Shown here: positions 52,571-63,091 of the stretch, one piece after another
Layout of the letters: each line of letters opens with the position of its first letter
How positions within the stretch are numbered: the stretch's first letter is position 1
Assembly: GCA_000434555.1 (NCBI GenBank)
Contig: FR880111.1
Coordinates: 2,161 to 66,160 of the forward strand
DNA: 64,000 bases
Reading direction: 5' to 3'
Source of the DNA: Clostridium sp. CAG:524
GTDB taxonomy: Bacteria; Bacillota_I; Bacilli_A; RF39; UBA660
The notes under the pieces: model-generated
Seen by the model: only the letters and a program-made list of their open reading frames with translations
What the model was told of the DNA's origin: nothing
The model's database searches: none
Position numbers and translations under genes: made by a program

Positions 52571-54485
52571 AATTATTTGTATCATTAGTACTATCTTTTG
52601 ATATAGGTGGAGTAGTAACTGGTGTTACTGCTTTCTTTTTTACGTATATTGTAAGTGTACTTAATTGATCAAGTATTATTTTAGTATGCTCTTTTTGACT
52701 ATAGAATCTATAATTTGAATAATCACTTATATCAACTGTTTTATTTGTATCAACATCTATAAATGATAATTTTAATGAATTTCTTGATGCATAACTCTTA
52801 AGTTCACTTACTGTATATTTAGATACATCAGCAAGAGTAGCTATTGTATTTTGCTTATATTTACCATTTCCTATTAAAGTTGCTTCATATGGCTTATTTA
52901 AGTCGAATGAGGCTGTCTTTATAAGAGTAGGTTTAGTTTTACCTAAATTAATATTAATTGCTTTCTTAATATCATTTATACTTCCTGTATAAGGTATTTC
53001 TACAGCTGGATAACTCTTAGATGCTGGTTCATATACTTTTCTCCATACACCATATGTCTTAAGTTGCATTCTCTCAACATTTACTAAGTTAGTACTATCA
53101 CTTATTACTAATGATTTACCTAAATTATATAATGATAAAATATCTTTATTTGTAATATTAGTTTGGAAATTTGATTTAATTGAATTTAGTATATTTATTG
53201 CTTCATCAGGATTAGTTAATTTCTTTGTAGCTGCATTTACTATACCAAGTATAACTTTAATTTGATTTTTACCTCTAGTAAAATCATTTCTTTTTCCTTC
53301 TGTCCAAGTAGGGCAGTGATTTTTCATTCCTTTGCTATCTTTAGCACTATGTCTATTTCTTGATAAAGCTAAGGCTTGTTCACCATTTAAATGTTGCATA
53401 CCTTTTTCAACAAATACTGTTTTATCTCCCCAAACTCTTGAACTATTTTGTTCACAGAATGAGTATGGAACATCTACATCAATTCCACCAACAGCATCAA
53501 CTAATTGAACAACTCCTTTAAAGTTTATTTTAGCATAATAGTCAATATTAACACCAAATAAGTTTTCCATTGTTTTAACAGCACATGACGCTGAACTTCC
53601 CCAAGTGGTAGTATTTATTCTTCTATAACTTCCATTAGAACAAGCTGTCTTTAAATAAGTATCTCTAGGAACTGATGTAATAGTAGCCCTTAATGTATCA
53701 GGATTAAATGTTACTAGCAATAATACATCACCATTATATCCTGATGTAACACCATCTTTAGAAGAATCTACACCAATTAATAACATTGTAAATGGTTTTG
53801 TAAGAGAAGCTTCATTACTCTTAATATCATCATCATTAGAACTTTTATATTCTTTTTCAGCTTTATATATGACTTTAGTTTCTTCACTAATATTTTCATA
53901 TCCTTCAAGAGAATAGAACATATCAGCATAGTTTGCACTAAAGAATGCAGCATCAACTTCTTTATTTTTTAAAGCATATAATAATTCAATAGTTGAATTA
54001 TAAGTTTTTATTTCATTATTATCACCAAGTTTTAGTTCTTTTATTTTTTCTTGAGGTAACTCGTATCCTTCTTCTTTACCATCACTAGCAATACCAATAA
54101 CTTTTTTCTTTAAATCTTTTTCGCTATTTAATGATTTATCATAAGTAACAAGTGAAGTATATTTTATATTTGTATTATCAGTATAATTCATTGACTTATA
54201 TATCTTCTTTAAATAATAAGAACCATATAATTCAGCTGATATAAATACTATACTTATGAATACTGGTATCAAAAATGATTTCATTGATTTCTTTTTAATA
54301 CTTCTAAGTTCTAAATAACTTAATAATAAGAAGAAATAAATAAGTATCACTATAGCATATATTCTATAGAATGTTTCAACACCTTCATAGAATGTAAGAG
54401 AGTAAGCTAAGTATCCTATTGAAAACAATGAGAGCAATATAATTATTATAGATAACATAGCTTTAAATATTTTTTTATTTTTCAT
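52569..54485 (-). CDS. LytR-CpsA-Psr (LCP) family glycopolymer transferase with extended N-terminal membrane/extracellular region
   Basis: The LCP blocks FTMLLIGVDSSKDG and GDVLLLVTFNPDTLRATITSVPRDTYL are present. There are three N-terminal TM helices. Confidence 0.8.
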   Translation of the reverse strand: MKNKKIFKAMLSIIIILLSLFSIGYLAYSLTFYEGVETFYRIYAIVILIYFFLLLSYLELRSIKKKSMKSFLIPVFISIVFISAELYGSYYLKKIYKSMNYTDNTNIKYTSLVTYDKSLNSEKDLKKKVIGIASDGKEEGYELPQEKIKELKLGDNNEIKTYNSTIELLYALKNKEVDAAFFSANYADMFYSLEGYENISEETKVIYKAEKEYKSSNDDDIKSNEASLTKPFTMLLIGVDSSKDGVTSGYNGDVLLLVTFNPDTLRATITSVPRDTYLKTACSNGSYRRINTTTWGSSASCAVKTMENLFGVNIDYYAKINFKGVVQLVDAVGGIDVDVPYSFCEQNSSRVWGDKTVFVEKGMQHLNGEQALALSRNRHSAKDSKGMKNHCPTWTEGKRNDFTRGKNQIKVILGIVNAATKKLTNPDEAINILNSIKSNFQTNITNKDILSLYNLGKSLVISDSTNLVNVERMQLKTYGVWRKVYEPASKSYPAVEIPYTGSINDIKKAININLGKTKPTLIKTASFDLNKPYEATLIGNGKYKQNTIATLADVSKYTVSELKSYASRNSLKLSFIDVDTNKTVDISDYSNYRFYSQKEHTKIILDQLSTLTIYVKKKAVTPVTTPPISKDSTNDTNN

Positions 54486-54502
54486 ATCGTAACACTTCTT
54501 TC

Positions 54503-55978
54503 TTATTTCTTTTTACTTTTCTTTTTATTTTGTTTACCTTTTGTTTCTTCTTTTGATGTATCTTCTTCTTTTACATCTTCCTTTTCATTTTTAGCAGTTT
54601 CTATCTTTTCTAATTCTTTTTGTTCTTCTTGCTTTCTTTGTTCTTCAAGTAACATTAATCTTCTTTGTTTCTTTCTCTTTTTAGTTTTACTTATTTTTGA
54701 TATTAGTATACATATTAATATTAAAAATATAATAATTGTTTCACTAAATAATAGGATTAACATTTTTTTATATTGTTTTAATTTAGAATCACAATTAGGT
54801 GTTTCATCTTTTATTTCTTCTTTTTCATGGAACCTTATTATTGTATTATTAATTTTATCATATGTAAAGTAATTATCTTTTCCAGTGTCAAGGTCTTTAG
54901 CGTGTATTATATAAAATTCATTAGTTTCATCAGTATATGCTTCAAATTCAACTTCATTTATTTTTACTGTTGTTTTTGTATATCCATCAAATTCTTTATC
55001 AAGAGGTAGGGGATATATCTTATTTTGATTAAGTGTTGTTTCACTATATTCTTTATATTGATTAGTATTACTATCATATGTATATAATTTAATATTACCA
55101 TCTATATCTTTAAGACCAACTAATGTAAAGTTGTTTGTTTTATTAATAAATCCTGGTACTTTTTGATCATTAATTGTTACTTCAGTTTTTTCATAATTCT
55201 TAGGTGCTTCTAATTTACTTTCTCTTTTTACTACGGTATAATCTTTGTCATTTATTTTTACATTTATTGGATTTGGATCACTTACATTAACAATTATTGT
55301 ATATGTTTTAGTACTTCCATTTTCGGCAGTAACTGTTACTTTTATTTTATTTTCTCCTTCAGTAACATCATGCGTTCCAGTTCCACTTACACTAGCTTTT
55401 GAATCTTCTTTAGAAGCATTTACTTTAACCTTTTCAGTATTAGATGTAGCTTCTACTTTATACTCAGTTGTATTTTTATTAAATTCTGGTTTTAATTTTA
55501 ATCCATCAATTGATAAACTTTTTAAGTTATTATTTTTTGAATATGTAGATTCTAGTTGTGCTTGTGTTATTATCTTTACACTTTTAGTACCTTTAGAAAG
55601 TGACATTGTTTTTTCAGTTCCATAATCATAAACAGCAGCTGATTTAACTGTTACAGATGTATTACCAGTAGCTATTGCTTTAAATTTATATGTATATGTT
55701 TTTGATTTTATCTTACTATCTCCATAATCTTTTACAGTAGATGGTCCTGACATTAGTTTAAGCTTTTTAGTATCATAACTAATAGTCCATTCCCAAACTC
55801 CTAAAACATTTGAAGATGATACTTTTACATTAACTGTAAAAGTATTTCCAACTACAACTCTATTAGTACCTGATGTAACTTGTATATTTGCTGATGCAGC
55901 ATTTACTTTAACTATATTTGTAAATAATAGAAGTAGTGTAAATATACTTGCTAATAATATGTTAATTCTTTTTTTCAT
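54503..55978 (-). CDS. Membrane-anchored cohesin-like plus cadherin-like beta-sandwich protein
   Basis: A signal peptide is present. The cohesin-like segment is NIQVTSGTNRVVVGNTFTVNVKVSS...WEWTISYDTKKLKL. The cadherin-like segment is NNLKSLSIDGLKLKPEFNKNTTEYKVEA. A C-terminal TM is followed by a Lys/Glu-rich tail. Confidence 0.6.
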   Translation of the reverse strand: MKKRINILLASIFTLLLLFTNIVKVNAASANIQVTSGTNRVVVGNTFTVNVKVSSSNVLGVWEWTISYDTKKLKLMSGPSTVKDYGDSKIKSKTYTYKFKAIATGNTSVTVKSAAVYDYGTEKTMSLSKGTKSVKIITQAQLESTYSKNNNLKSLSIDGLKLKPEFNKNTTEYKVEATSNTEKVKVNASKEDSKASVSGTGTHDVTEGENKIKVTVTAENGSTKTYTIIVNVSDPNPINVKINDKDYTVVKRESKLEAPKNYEKTEVTINDQKVPGFINKTNNFTLVGLKDIDGNIKLYTYDSNTNQYKEYSETTLNQNKIYPLPLDKEFDGYTKTTVKINEVEFEAYTDETNEFYIIHAKDLDTGKDNYFTYDKINNTIIRFHEKEEIKDETPNCDSKLKQYKKMLILLFSETIIIFLILICILISKISKTKKRKKQRRLMLLEEQRKQEEQKELEKIETAKNEKEDVKEEDTSKEETKGKQNKKKSKKK

Positions 55979-55988
55979 TTATCTCTCC

Positions 55989-58175
55989 TTATAATTCTTT
56001 ATCTCCAAGTAAATATTTTTGTACTTGTAATAAATCTAATATTGTAACCTTTCCATCATTTGATGTATCAGCGGCTATTAATGCTTCAGTTGATAACTTT
56101 TTATCTCCAAGTAAATATTTTTGTATTTGTAATAAATCTAATATCGTTATCTTTCCATCTCCTGATAAGTCTCCATTAACTATCATTGTAAAGCTTTTTT
56201 CTTCCATAGCAGTTTTTATTGTAATTTTAGTACCTGTAGTAATTAATGAATTATTATTTAATTCTTTATTATCATTAGTTATTATTACATTTAATGCTTT
56301 TGCTGAATATAATTTATCTTTTATAAGATTTACTTTAGTATCATGTTTAATTTTTACTATGTATCCTTCATCACTACCAATTCCTGCATTTTGAAGAGCA
56401 TCGCTTACTGTTGTGTTATCCTCAACTTTTATTATTGTAACAGTGTATTTCTTTTCTTCTTTTGTTTCTGAAAGTACTGTTATTGTTATATCAGTTTCAT
56501 TATCTTTTAATTCGTATTTACCAGTTCCTGAAATAGAGGAAGCACTACTTTTTTGAGTAGCTTTTATATTTACTTCTTTTACTGTATTTGGAATGTATGA
56601 TTGATATGTAAGTATATCTTCATCAAATTCTGGTGTTATTTTGTATCCTTCAATTTCTAATGATTTTAAATCATTATTCATATCTCCGCTTTTAGGAAGT
56701 GAAGTGTATTCTGGCATATCATTATAAACAGGAATTTCAAATGTAAATTTTTGATTTAGAACATTTGCTTTTTTAAGAGCATCATATGTTTTGTTTCCTT
56801 CAGTTGCTGGTGCTTGTATATTTGTTTGATATTGATGAGTATATTTACTATAGTGAGCATCAGGACCAACATTAAACTTTTGATAGTATAAAGTACCTTG
56901 TCCTGCGTTTACATATCCTTTAGCAAGCAAGCTACTTCCTTCTAAAATAGATGTTTCAACATTATCCCAAACTTCACCACTTCTACTAATAAGTTTAGCA
57001 GCATAGGCAAGACCTCTTGTTATTGCTGAATATTTAACTCCACCAACTGTTGTTTCATAAGCACCAATATTGAAGAAATTATAATATCCTTTATAAGTAT
57101 TACCTTTCCATGTAAATTCTGTCCCATTTACTGAATCACTTCCATTAGCGCCAACTTCTATTCTAATTCTAGTCGCAATATGAAGTGGGCTAATCTTATG
57201 ACTTTTACCAGCTTTAAACATTGGAATAGTATATTTATCATCACCAAGTTTACCACTACCGAAAACTGATTTTATAAGAGCTGGATATTCATTTTCAAGA
57301 GTACTATCATATTTTAAATCTTCAAACATAAATATTCTTTCTTCTGTAAGCCAGTTTCTAGGGTCAAGATAGAAAGCAATAACTCCAGTATTTACTTTGA
57401 ACCATGAACTACCTTCAGCAGGTCTATTTGATGTTCTATAATTATCATTTGTTGTCTGCATATAATTTTTTCCTTCTTCACCATTTACAGCAGAAGAAAA
57501 TTTTATATTTGTAAATGCAGGTTTAAACTGCCAATTAGGATATTTACTATGAAGATAGGTTAGATATGGAATATATGAATCTGGAAAATTAGCTTTCTTA
57601 AGTGTTTCAGCATATTCTTTATCTTCTTTTGTTATATCTTCTTTTCTAGTAACATATTTTTTACATATATATCCTTCTTTATTACCATAATAATTTATTT
57701 GATACCATTTACCTCCAGAACATCCACTTGAGTTTCCGTTTACTTCTTTTACAATTGTTACATTTACTCCAAGCGATAAAGTGTCAAGTAAACTGCCTGA
57801 TGTAGCTGCCTTATTTCTAACTCCTACATTATTACCATTGACTCTAGCACTATAATCTATAACGTTTATACCAGTAAAAGTATTATCAACGAACCTAACA
57901 TAATCACTACATACATAAGCTTCTTGTTCTTTATAAATTATTTTATACCATTTATTTGAACAACCACTTCCAGTATATAATGTTTTATCAACAACTGTTA
58001 TTTGTGTTCCAGCATTAACAGTTGCAATTATTGATGAATCACTTTTAGTATTATGTTCCTTTCTTATTCTTACTGAACTTCCTTTTATTTCCGCATCAAA
58101 TGCAGCTTTTATATTTAATGGAACAAATAAGAATAGGGCTAGTAAAAGTATAAATATATATTTCTTCTTATTCAT
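55989..58175 (-). CDS. Secreted cell-wall hydrolase candidate: 2x SH3b, glucosaminidase-like domain, cadherin-like domain, C-terminal dockerin
   Basis: SH3b-like segments are VRIRKEHNTKSD...NKWYKIIY and VGVRNKAATSG...GKWYQINYYG. GH73-like strings are HIATRIRIEVGANGS and YYNFFNIGAYE. The dockerin duplicates are DLSGDGKITILDLLQIQKYLLG and DTSNDGKVTILDLLQVQKYLLG. Confidence 0.6.
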   Translation of the reverse strand: MNKKKYIFILLLALFLFVPLNIKAAFDAEIKGSSVRIRKEHNTKSDSSIIATVNAGTQITVVDKTLYTGSGCSNKWYKIIYKEQEAYVCSDYVRFVDNTFTGINVIDYSARVNGNNVGVRNKAATSGSLLDTLSLGVNVTIVKEVNGNSSGCSGGKWYQINYYGNKEGYICKKYVTRKEDITKEDKEYAETLKKANFPDSYIPYLTYLHSKYPNWQFKPAFTNIKFSSAVNGEEGKNYMQTTNDNYRTSNRPAEGSSWFKVNTGVIAFYLDPRNWLTEERIFMFEDLKYDSTLENEYPALIKSVFGSGKLGDDKYTIPMFKAGKSHKISPLHIATRIRIEVGANGSDSVNGTEFTWKGNTYKGYYNFFNIGAYETTVGGVKYSAITRGLAYAAKLISRSGEVWDNVETSILEGSSLLAKGYVNAGQGTLYYQKFNVGPDAHYSKYTHQYQTNIQAPATEGNKTYDALKKANVLNQKFTFEIPVYNDMPEYTSLPKSGDMNNDLKSLEIEGYKITPEFDEDILTYQSYIPNTVKEVNIKATQKSSASSISGTGKYELKDNETDITITVLSETKEEKKYTVTIIKVEDNTTVSDALQNAGIGSDEGYIVKIKHDTKVNLIKDKLYSAKALNVIITNDNKELNNNSLITTGTKITIKTAMEEKSFTMIVNGDLSGDGKITILDLLQIQKYLLGDKKLSTEALIAADTSNDGKVTILDLLQVQKYLLGDKEL

Positions 58176-58307
58176 AGTTACTCCTTATCATTCTATATAA
58201 TAAATAATTATACCAAAATTCTACATATTTTTCATTATATTTAGGGAAATTTACATTATTTAAACAAGAAAAAACTAAATAAATTTTAATTTACTTAGTT
58301 CATATGT

Positions 58308-58931
58308 TTACTCTCTACCTGAATATGTATCAACTACTAATTTATTATTGTATTCTTTGAATGTAAATTTTTGTGTAGTGTTATTGTTAATACTATCATC
58401 TACATCACTAGTTTCTGTAATGTTAACATTATATGATAGATTTCCTATTTTAGTGATATTGTTTATTTTAGATATGTAACATTCTCCGCCACCTTGACTT
58501 TTTCTTACATAACCACTTTTATCTTTGAAAATGTATCCATCAGTTTCTTTTTTAAAGTATTCTTCTGTTACATAATTAAGCATTGCATTTTTAAAGTCAT
58601 CATATTTAACATTAGTGATAACCATTTCTGTTGCTTCATCATATATTTGTTTACTTTCATCAAAACCTAGATTTAAGTAATCTAAGATGTTATCAGTATG
58701 AAGTGCACAATCTACTTCAAGAAACTTTTCAATAGTTTTTTTGACTTTTTCATCTTCATCACTTACTTTTTGTGTAGTCGTTGTAGTAGTAGTCTTACTT
58801 TGACTATTAATATCATTATTAGCTTTCTTATTGTTAATTAACATATATATTATTACTCCTAGTAAAATGATGATAACTATTAATGCAATGATTAATAGTA
58901 TTGATTTTGTAGAATTTTCTTTTTCTTGCAT
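58308..58931 (-). CDS. Membrane-anchored hypothetical protein
   Basis: TM is ILLIIALIVIIILLGVIIYMLI. A Thr-rich linker follows. No family recognised. Confidence 0.5.
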   Translation of the reverse strand: MQEKENSTKSILLIIALIVIIILLGVIIYMLINNKKANNDINSQSKTTTTTTTQKVSDEDEKVKKTIEKFLEVDCALHTDNILDYLNLGFDESKQIYDEATEMVITNVKYDDFKNAMLNYVTEEYFKKETDGYIFKDKSGYVRKSQGGGECYISKINNITKIGNLSYNVNITETSDVDDSINNNTTQKFTFKEYNNKLVVDTYSGRE

Positions 58932-59063
58932 TTTCCCCTCCTTATTATCTTAATTTTATCATTTCATATTTACTTTTTCAATTAAATATTAGTCAATAAT
59001 AGTGTTTTTATACTATTTTAATGGAAAAAATAAAATTATTAGTTTATAATAATTAATAGGGAG

Positions 59064-60170
59064 TTGAAAAAGATGAATTTTGAAGTTAATGGATATAATA
59101 TATTTATAATAGTAGCGGTATGTTTTTTGTCTTCACTTATATTTGTACAAATAATGAAGAAGGTAGCAATATTTCTAAAAGTACTTGATGTACCAAATGA
59201 TCCTAGAAAGATACATAAGAAGCCTATGCCTTTACTTGGAGGACTTGGTATATTCTTTGCATTTTTACTTGGATATATGTTATTTGCTCCTAAAAATAAT
59301 CTTATGATTGCTGTTTTAATAGGTTCGTTCTTAATTATGCTTTTAGGTCTATTTGATGATATGACTAAGAGTGAGACACCAATGCCTAATAAATATAAAG
59401 TTCTTGTTCAATTAATAGTTGCTGCAATAGTTGTATTTTATGGTGGACTTGAACTTACTAAAATTACTTTGTTTGGTATGACTATTACGTTTACAAGCAT
59501 TCCATTTTTAAGTGAGTTTCTTTCTATACTTATTATAGTTGCGACTATTAATGCAATTAACTTAATTGATGGACTTGATGGATTATGTGCTGGGATTAGT
59601 TCTATATATTTTTTAACTATTGCGATAATTGGATTTATTCTAAACAAATTTGGAGGACTTGATGTAATATTATCACTTATTATGTTAGGCTCTACACTTG
59701 GATATTTAGTTCATAATTTTCCACCAGCAAGAATATATCAAGGAGACGCTGGAAGTACATTCTTAGGATTTATGATAGCTGTTATATTCTTACTTGGATT
59801 TAAAACAACGACATTAACTTCATTAATTATACCAATGCTAATACTTGCAATTCCAATTATGGATACTTTATTTGCAATAATAAGAAGAAAACTAAAAGGA
59901 CAAAGTATTGATCATGCTGATAAAGAACATCTTCATCATCAATTACTAAAACATTTTTCTAAAAAGAGTTCATTACTTGTTATATATGCGATTAATATAT
60001 TATTTTCAGCAACAACAATATTCTATGTTTTAGGAAATAAAAAAACAGTTATATGTTGTTATGTAGTTTTAATGTTTATTGTATTATTTTTAATACTTAA
60101 AACTGATATTGTGTTTGACTGGACAAGTAAAAAAAATAAAAAGAATAATAGAGGTGAGGAAAATAAATGA
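59064..60170 (+). CDS. Glycosyltransferase family 4 polyprenyl-phosphate HexNAc-1-phosphate transferase (TagO/WecA/MraY-like)
   Basis: MPLLGGLGIFFAF and INAINLIDGLDGL are present and the protein is polytopic. The likely true start is ATG 59073, 9 nt after AGGGAG. The track start 59064 is a TTG. Confidence 0.8.
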   Translation: MKKMNFEVNGYNIFIIVAVCFLSSLIFVQIMKKVAIFLKVLDVPNDPRKIHKKPMPLLGGLGIFFAFLLGYMLFAPKNNLMIAVLIGSFLIMLLGLFDDMTKSETPMPNKYKVLVQLIVAAIVVFYGGLELTKITLFGMTITFTSIPFLSEFLSILIIVATINAINLIDGLDGLCAGISSIYFLTIAIIGFILNKFGGLDVILSLIMLGSTLGYLVHNFPPARIYQGDAGSTFLGFMIAVIFLLGFKTTTLTSLIIPMLILAIPIMDTLFAIIRRKLKGQSIDHADKEHLHHQLLKHFSKKSSLLVIYAINILFSATTIFYVLGNKKTVICCYVVLMFIVLFLILKTDIVFDWTSKKNKKNNRGEENK

Positions 60171-61135
60171 AAGTAGGTGTACTTGGAGCAGGGGCATATG
60201 GACTTGCTCTTACACATATTTTAGTAAACAATAAAGTTGAAGTAACTATGTGGACACATGACGAAAATGAAAGAAAAACTCTTGATGAAACAAGAAAATC
60301 AAAAAAATTAAATGATTACAAAATACCAAATGAAATAAAATTCACTTGTGATTTGAATGAAGCAGTAAATGACAAAGATTTAATCGTTATGGCTATTCCA
60401 GCATTTGCTTTTGAAGATGTAACTATTAAACTTAGTAAATATATAAAGAAGAAACAACCAGTATTAATTGCTACTAAAGGTATCCAACAAAATACATGTT
60501 TGTTTTTAAATGATGTATTTGCTAAATATTTAAAGAATGGTATAGCTGTTATAAGTGGTCCTACTTTTGCAGTGGATATAATTAAAGATTCACCAGTAGG
60601 ATTCAGTTTAGCAACAAAAAATAATAAAACTGAAATGGTTGTTCGAAAGTGTTTTCAAAATTCGACAACTAAGTTTAGAAGAACTAAAGATATAGTAGGT
60701 ATCGAAATATGTGGTAGTATTAAAAATGTTATGGCTATTGCTTCTGGTATGCTTGAAGGTATGGGTGTAACAGATTCAACAAGAGCACTTTTCTTAACTG
60801 AAAGTATGAATGATATTAAAGAATTAATTGATGCTTTAGGTGGCAAAAAGAAATCAATATTATCCTTTGCTGGATTTGGTGATATCTTAATGACATGCAC
60901 TAGTAAGAATTCAAGAAATTTTAGTTTTGGATATTTAATAGGTAGTGGAGCTACTAATGAAGAAGTAAATAAATATTTAGAAACTACTACAGTTGAAGGA
61001 ATGTATACATTAAAGTCAATACATAAACTTGTTAGACGTAAGAAAGTAAAAATGCCTATAATAAACTTAATACATGATATTATAGAAGGTAAAAAAGATA
61101 AAGAAGAAATGTTAAAATTTTTAATTAATAAATAA
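60167..61135 (+). CDS. gpsA: NAD(P)H-dependent glycerol-3-phosphate dehydrogenase
   Basis: The Rossmann motif is KVGVLGAGAYGLALT. Also present: ATKGI, ISGPTFA and CGSIKNVMAIASG. It overlaps the upstream gene by 4 nt. Confidence 0.85.
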   Translation: MKVGVLGAGAYGLALTHILVNNKVEVTMWTHDENERKTLDETRKSKKLNDYKIPNEIKFTCDLNEAVNDKDLIVMAIPAFAFEDVTIKLSKYIKKKQPVLIATKGIQQNTCLFLNDVFAKYLKNGIAVISGPTFAVDIIKDSPVGFSLATKNNKTEMVVRKCFQNSTTKFRRTKDIVGIEICGSIKNVMAIASGMLEGMGVTDSTRALFLTESMNDIKELIDALGGKKKSILSFAGFGDILMTCTSKNSRNFSFGYLIGSGATNEEVNKYLETTTVEGMYTLKSIHKLVRRKKVKMPIINLIHDIIEGKKDKEEMLKFLINK

Positions 61136-61158
61136 AAAGACTAGTGAATAGTCTTTTT
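61136..61158. terminator. Bidirectional hairpin terminator between convergent genes
   Basis: The sequence is aaagacta-gtgaa-tagtcttt then tt. An A-run lies on the other side. Confidence 0.6.
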
Positions 61159-61168
61159 AAAATGTTAT

Positions 61169-62971
61169 TTATTTTAAGTTGCCTTTTTGATCAATAAAGT
61201 GATAATTAGCTTTCATTTTATTAACATACATTTTAGTAGATTTACCAAATGGAAATTTTATATCACTTTTATTTTTTTCTTCTACTGAAGCATATATATC
61301 TTTTGAATTTAATAATATTAATTTATATTTTAATGATTTTTTTGATAAGTTACTATCTTGTTTATTATCTGATACTTTATATACATTTTTAATATTATTC
61401 TTTTCTAAATATTTTTTAACAACACCATCATTATCAAGATAAGCAACTTTAGTATTTTTAAATTTTATACTTGATAGAGTAGATAAAATTATTAATTCTT
61501 GTTGTTTTGGATGTTTTATGAACATATGTATTGTATGAATAATATATCTATATATTTTCAATAATATATTTTTAGTTATAACTAAATTATTTCTTGTTAT
61601 ATAAACATAATAATTGAATAACTTATATCTTAATGTACTTTTAGTTATTATTTTATATTCTAAAGTACCACATATAATTATTTTTTCATTATTTATAAGT
61701 ACTTTTATCTTATTAGTTTCATCTTTCAATATTCTAAATTCTAATGATTTCATAATAGGGGAATATTCTATGAAATTTTCAAATTGTTCAATTTTATATT
61801 CTTTGATATCATAGTTCAAATTTCTATTATTTGTTTTTATTTGAACATTTGCTATATTTAATATATTTTCTGGTAATTCTATTTTAACAATAAATTCATT
61901 ATTATTATCTTGTATTTCATATAAATTAGTATATATATCACTTATATCACATACTTCTATATTTTTAAATAATAATTTATTATCTTTTATTTGATAATAT
62001 TCATTTGTTTTATTATTATATTTTATATTTAATGCTTGCATTTTATCATAAAGTGACATTATTTTTTGTTCTAAAATAATATAATCATCAATTTCATCTA
62101 ATAATGATTTTATTATATTATTATTTTCTTCTTTTTCATCTTTAGTCATGTTAGCATCAAATGATTTATTTATTCTTGACTGTAAGTGATACATTACAAA
62201 ATATTCTGCATAAGGTATTGCCTTACCAAACATTTTCTTAGATAATTCCATTACAAATACATAAACTTCTTTTAATGTAAGAGTATACCAGTTCTTATTT
62301 AATGTTTGTGTTTGTATGGAAGAATTTCTTGTTTTTCTTTTTCTATATAAATAATTAGATGAAGCAATTGCTCCATATTTCATCTTTTTTCTTTTAAATA
62401 AAACTTCAGTCATGAATTTAGCATCTTCTGAATACTTAAGTTTTTCATCGAATGTTATATCTTTTATAGCTTCTCTTCTAATTAATGAAGCAGCAGCACT
62501 TAATTGAAGTAATTCATGTTCCTTTGTTATATCAATTATTCTATCTCCTGCATCAAATCTAAAATCTGTTACATGATATCCATGAGCAGCTTCAAAAAAT
62601 TTCTGCCTAAATCCAACTACATCTATTTCAGGATGATTATCTAACATTTCACATCCTTTTCTAAATGCATCTTTCTCAAACTTATCATCTGAATCAATAA
62701 AATTAATATATTCTCCAGTAGCTATCTTTATTCCTTCATTTCTTGCTGAAGAAACACCACCGTTTTCTTTTTTGATATATTTTATATTATCATATTTATT
62801 TTTATATTTTAAACATATTTTTTCTTCATTATATGGACTACCATCATTTATTAATATTAATTCTATATTCTCAAACCCTATTGTTTGATTTATTATACTT
62901 TTTATTGTATCTTCAATATATTTTTCTACGTTATATATTGGTATAACTACACTTACTTTATATTTTGACAT
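61169..62971 (-). CDS. Family 2 (GT-A) glycosyltransferase with long C-terminal extension
   Basis: VSVVIPIYNVEKYIEDTIKSIINQT, GGVSSARNEGI and INFIDSDD (DxD) are present. Confidence 0.8.
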   Translation of the reverse strand: MSKYKVSVVIPIYNVEKYIEDTIKSIINQTIGFENIELILINDGSPYNEEKICLKYKNKYDNIKYIKKENGGVSSARNEGIKIATGEYINFIDSDDKFEKDAFRKGCEMLDNHPEIDVVGFRQKFFEAAHGYHVTDFRFDAGDRIIDITKEHELLQLSAAASLIRREAIKDITFDEKLKYSEDAKFMTEVLFKRKKMKYGAIASSNYLYRKRKTRNSSIQTQTLNKNWYTLTLKEVYVFVMELSKKMFGKAIPYAEYFVMYHLQSRINKSFDANMTKDEKEENNNIIKSLLDEIDDYIILEQKIMSLYDKMQALNIKYNNKTNEYYQIKDNKLLFKNIEVCDISDIYTNLYEIQDNNNEFIVKIELPENILNIANVQIKTNNRNLNYDIKEYKIEQFENFIEYSPIMKSLEFRILKDETNKIKVLINNEKIIICGTLEYKIITKSTLRYKLFNYYVYITRNNLVITKNILLKIYRYIIHTIHMFIKHPKQQELIILSTLSSIKFKNTKVAYLDNDGVVKKYLEKNNIKNVYKVSDNKQDSNLSKKSLKYKLILLNSKDIYASVEEKNKSDIKFPFGKSTKMYVNKMKANYHFIDQKGNLK

Positions 62972-63091
62972 AATAACTCCTTTTTAACAATTTCTTTATA
63001 TATTATAAGATATATATTATCAAAAGTAAATCAAGTACTTTTATTTATTTATTATTTTATGTTATACTTTTTATAGGAGATAGAATTATTT

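Noticed and set aside
54503-58175. Cellulosome fragment, because of the cohesin and dockerin modules.
   Set aside because: The only catalytic module is peptidoglycan-hydrolase-like with SH3b wall-binding domains. No cellulase or hemicellulase genes or scaffoldin with multiple cohesins are present.
55989-58175. Prophage endolysin or prophage remnant, considered because of the SH3b plus glucosaminidase combination.
   Set aside because: There are no holin, capsid, tail, terminase or integrase genes nearby. The protein has a Sec signal peptide and a dockerin, which fits a host autolysin.
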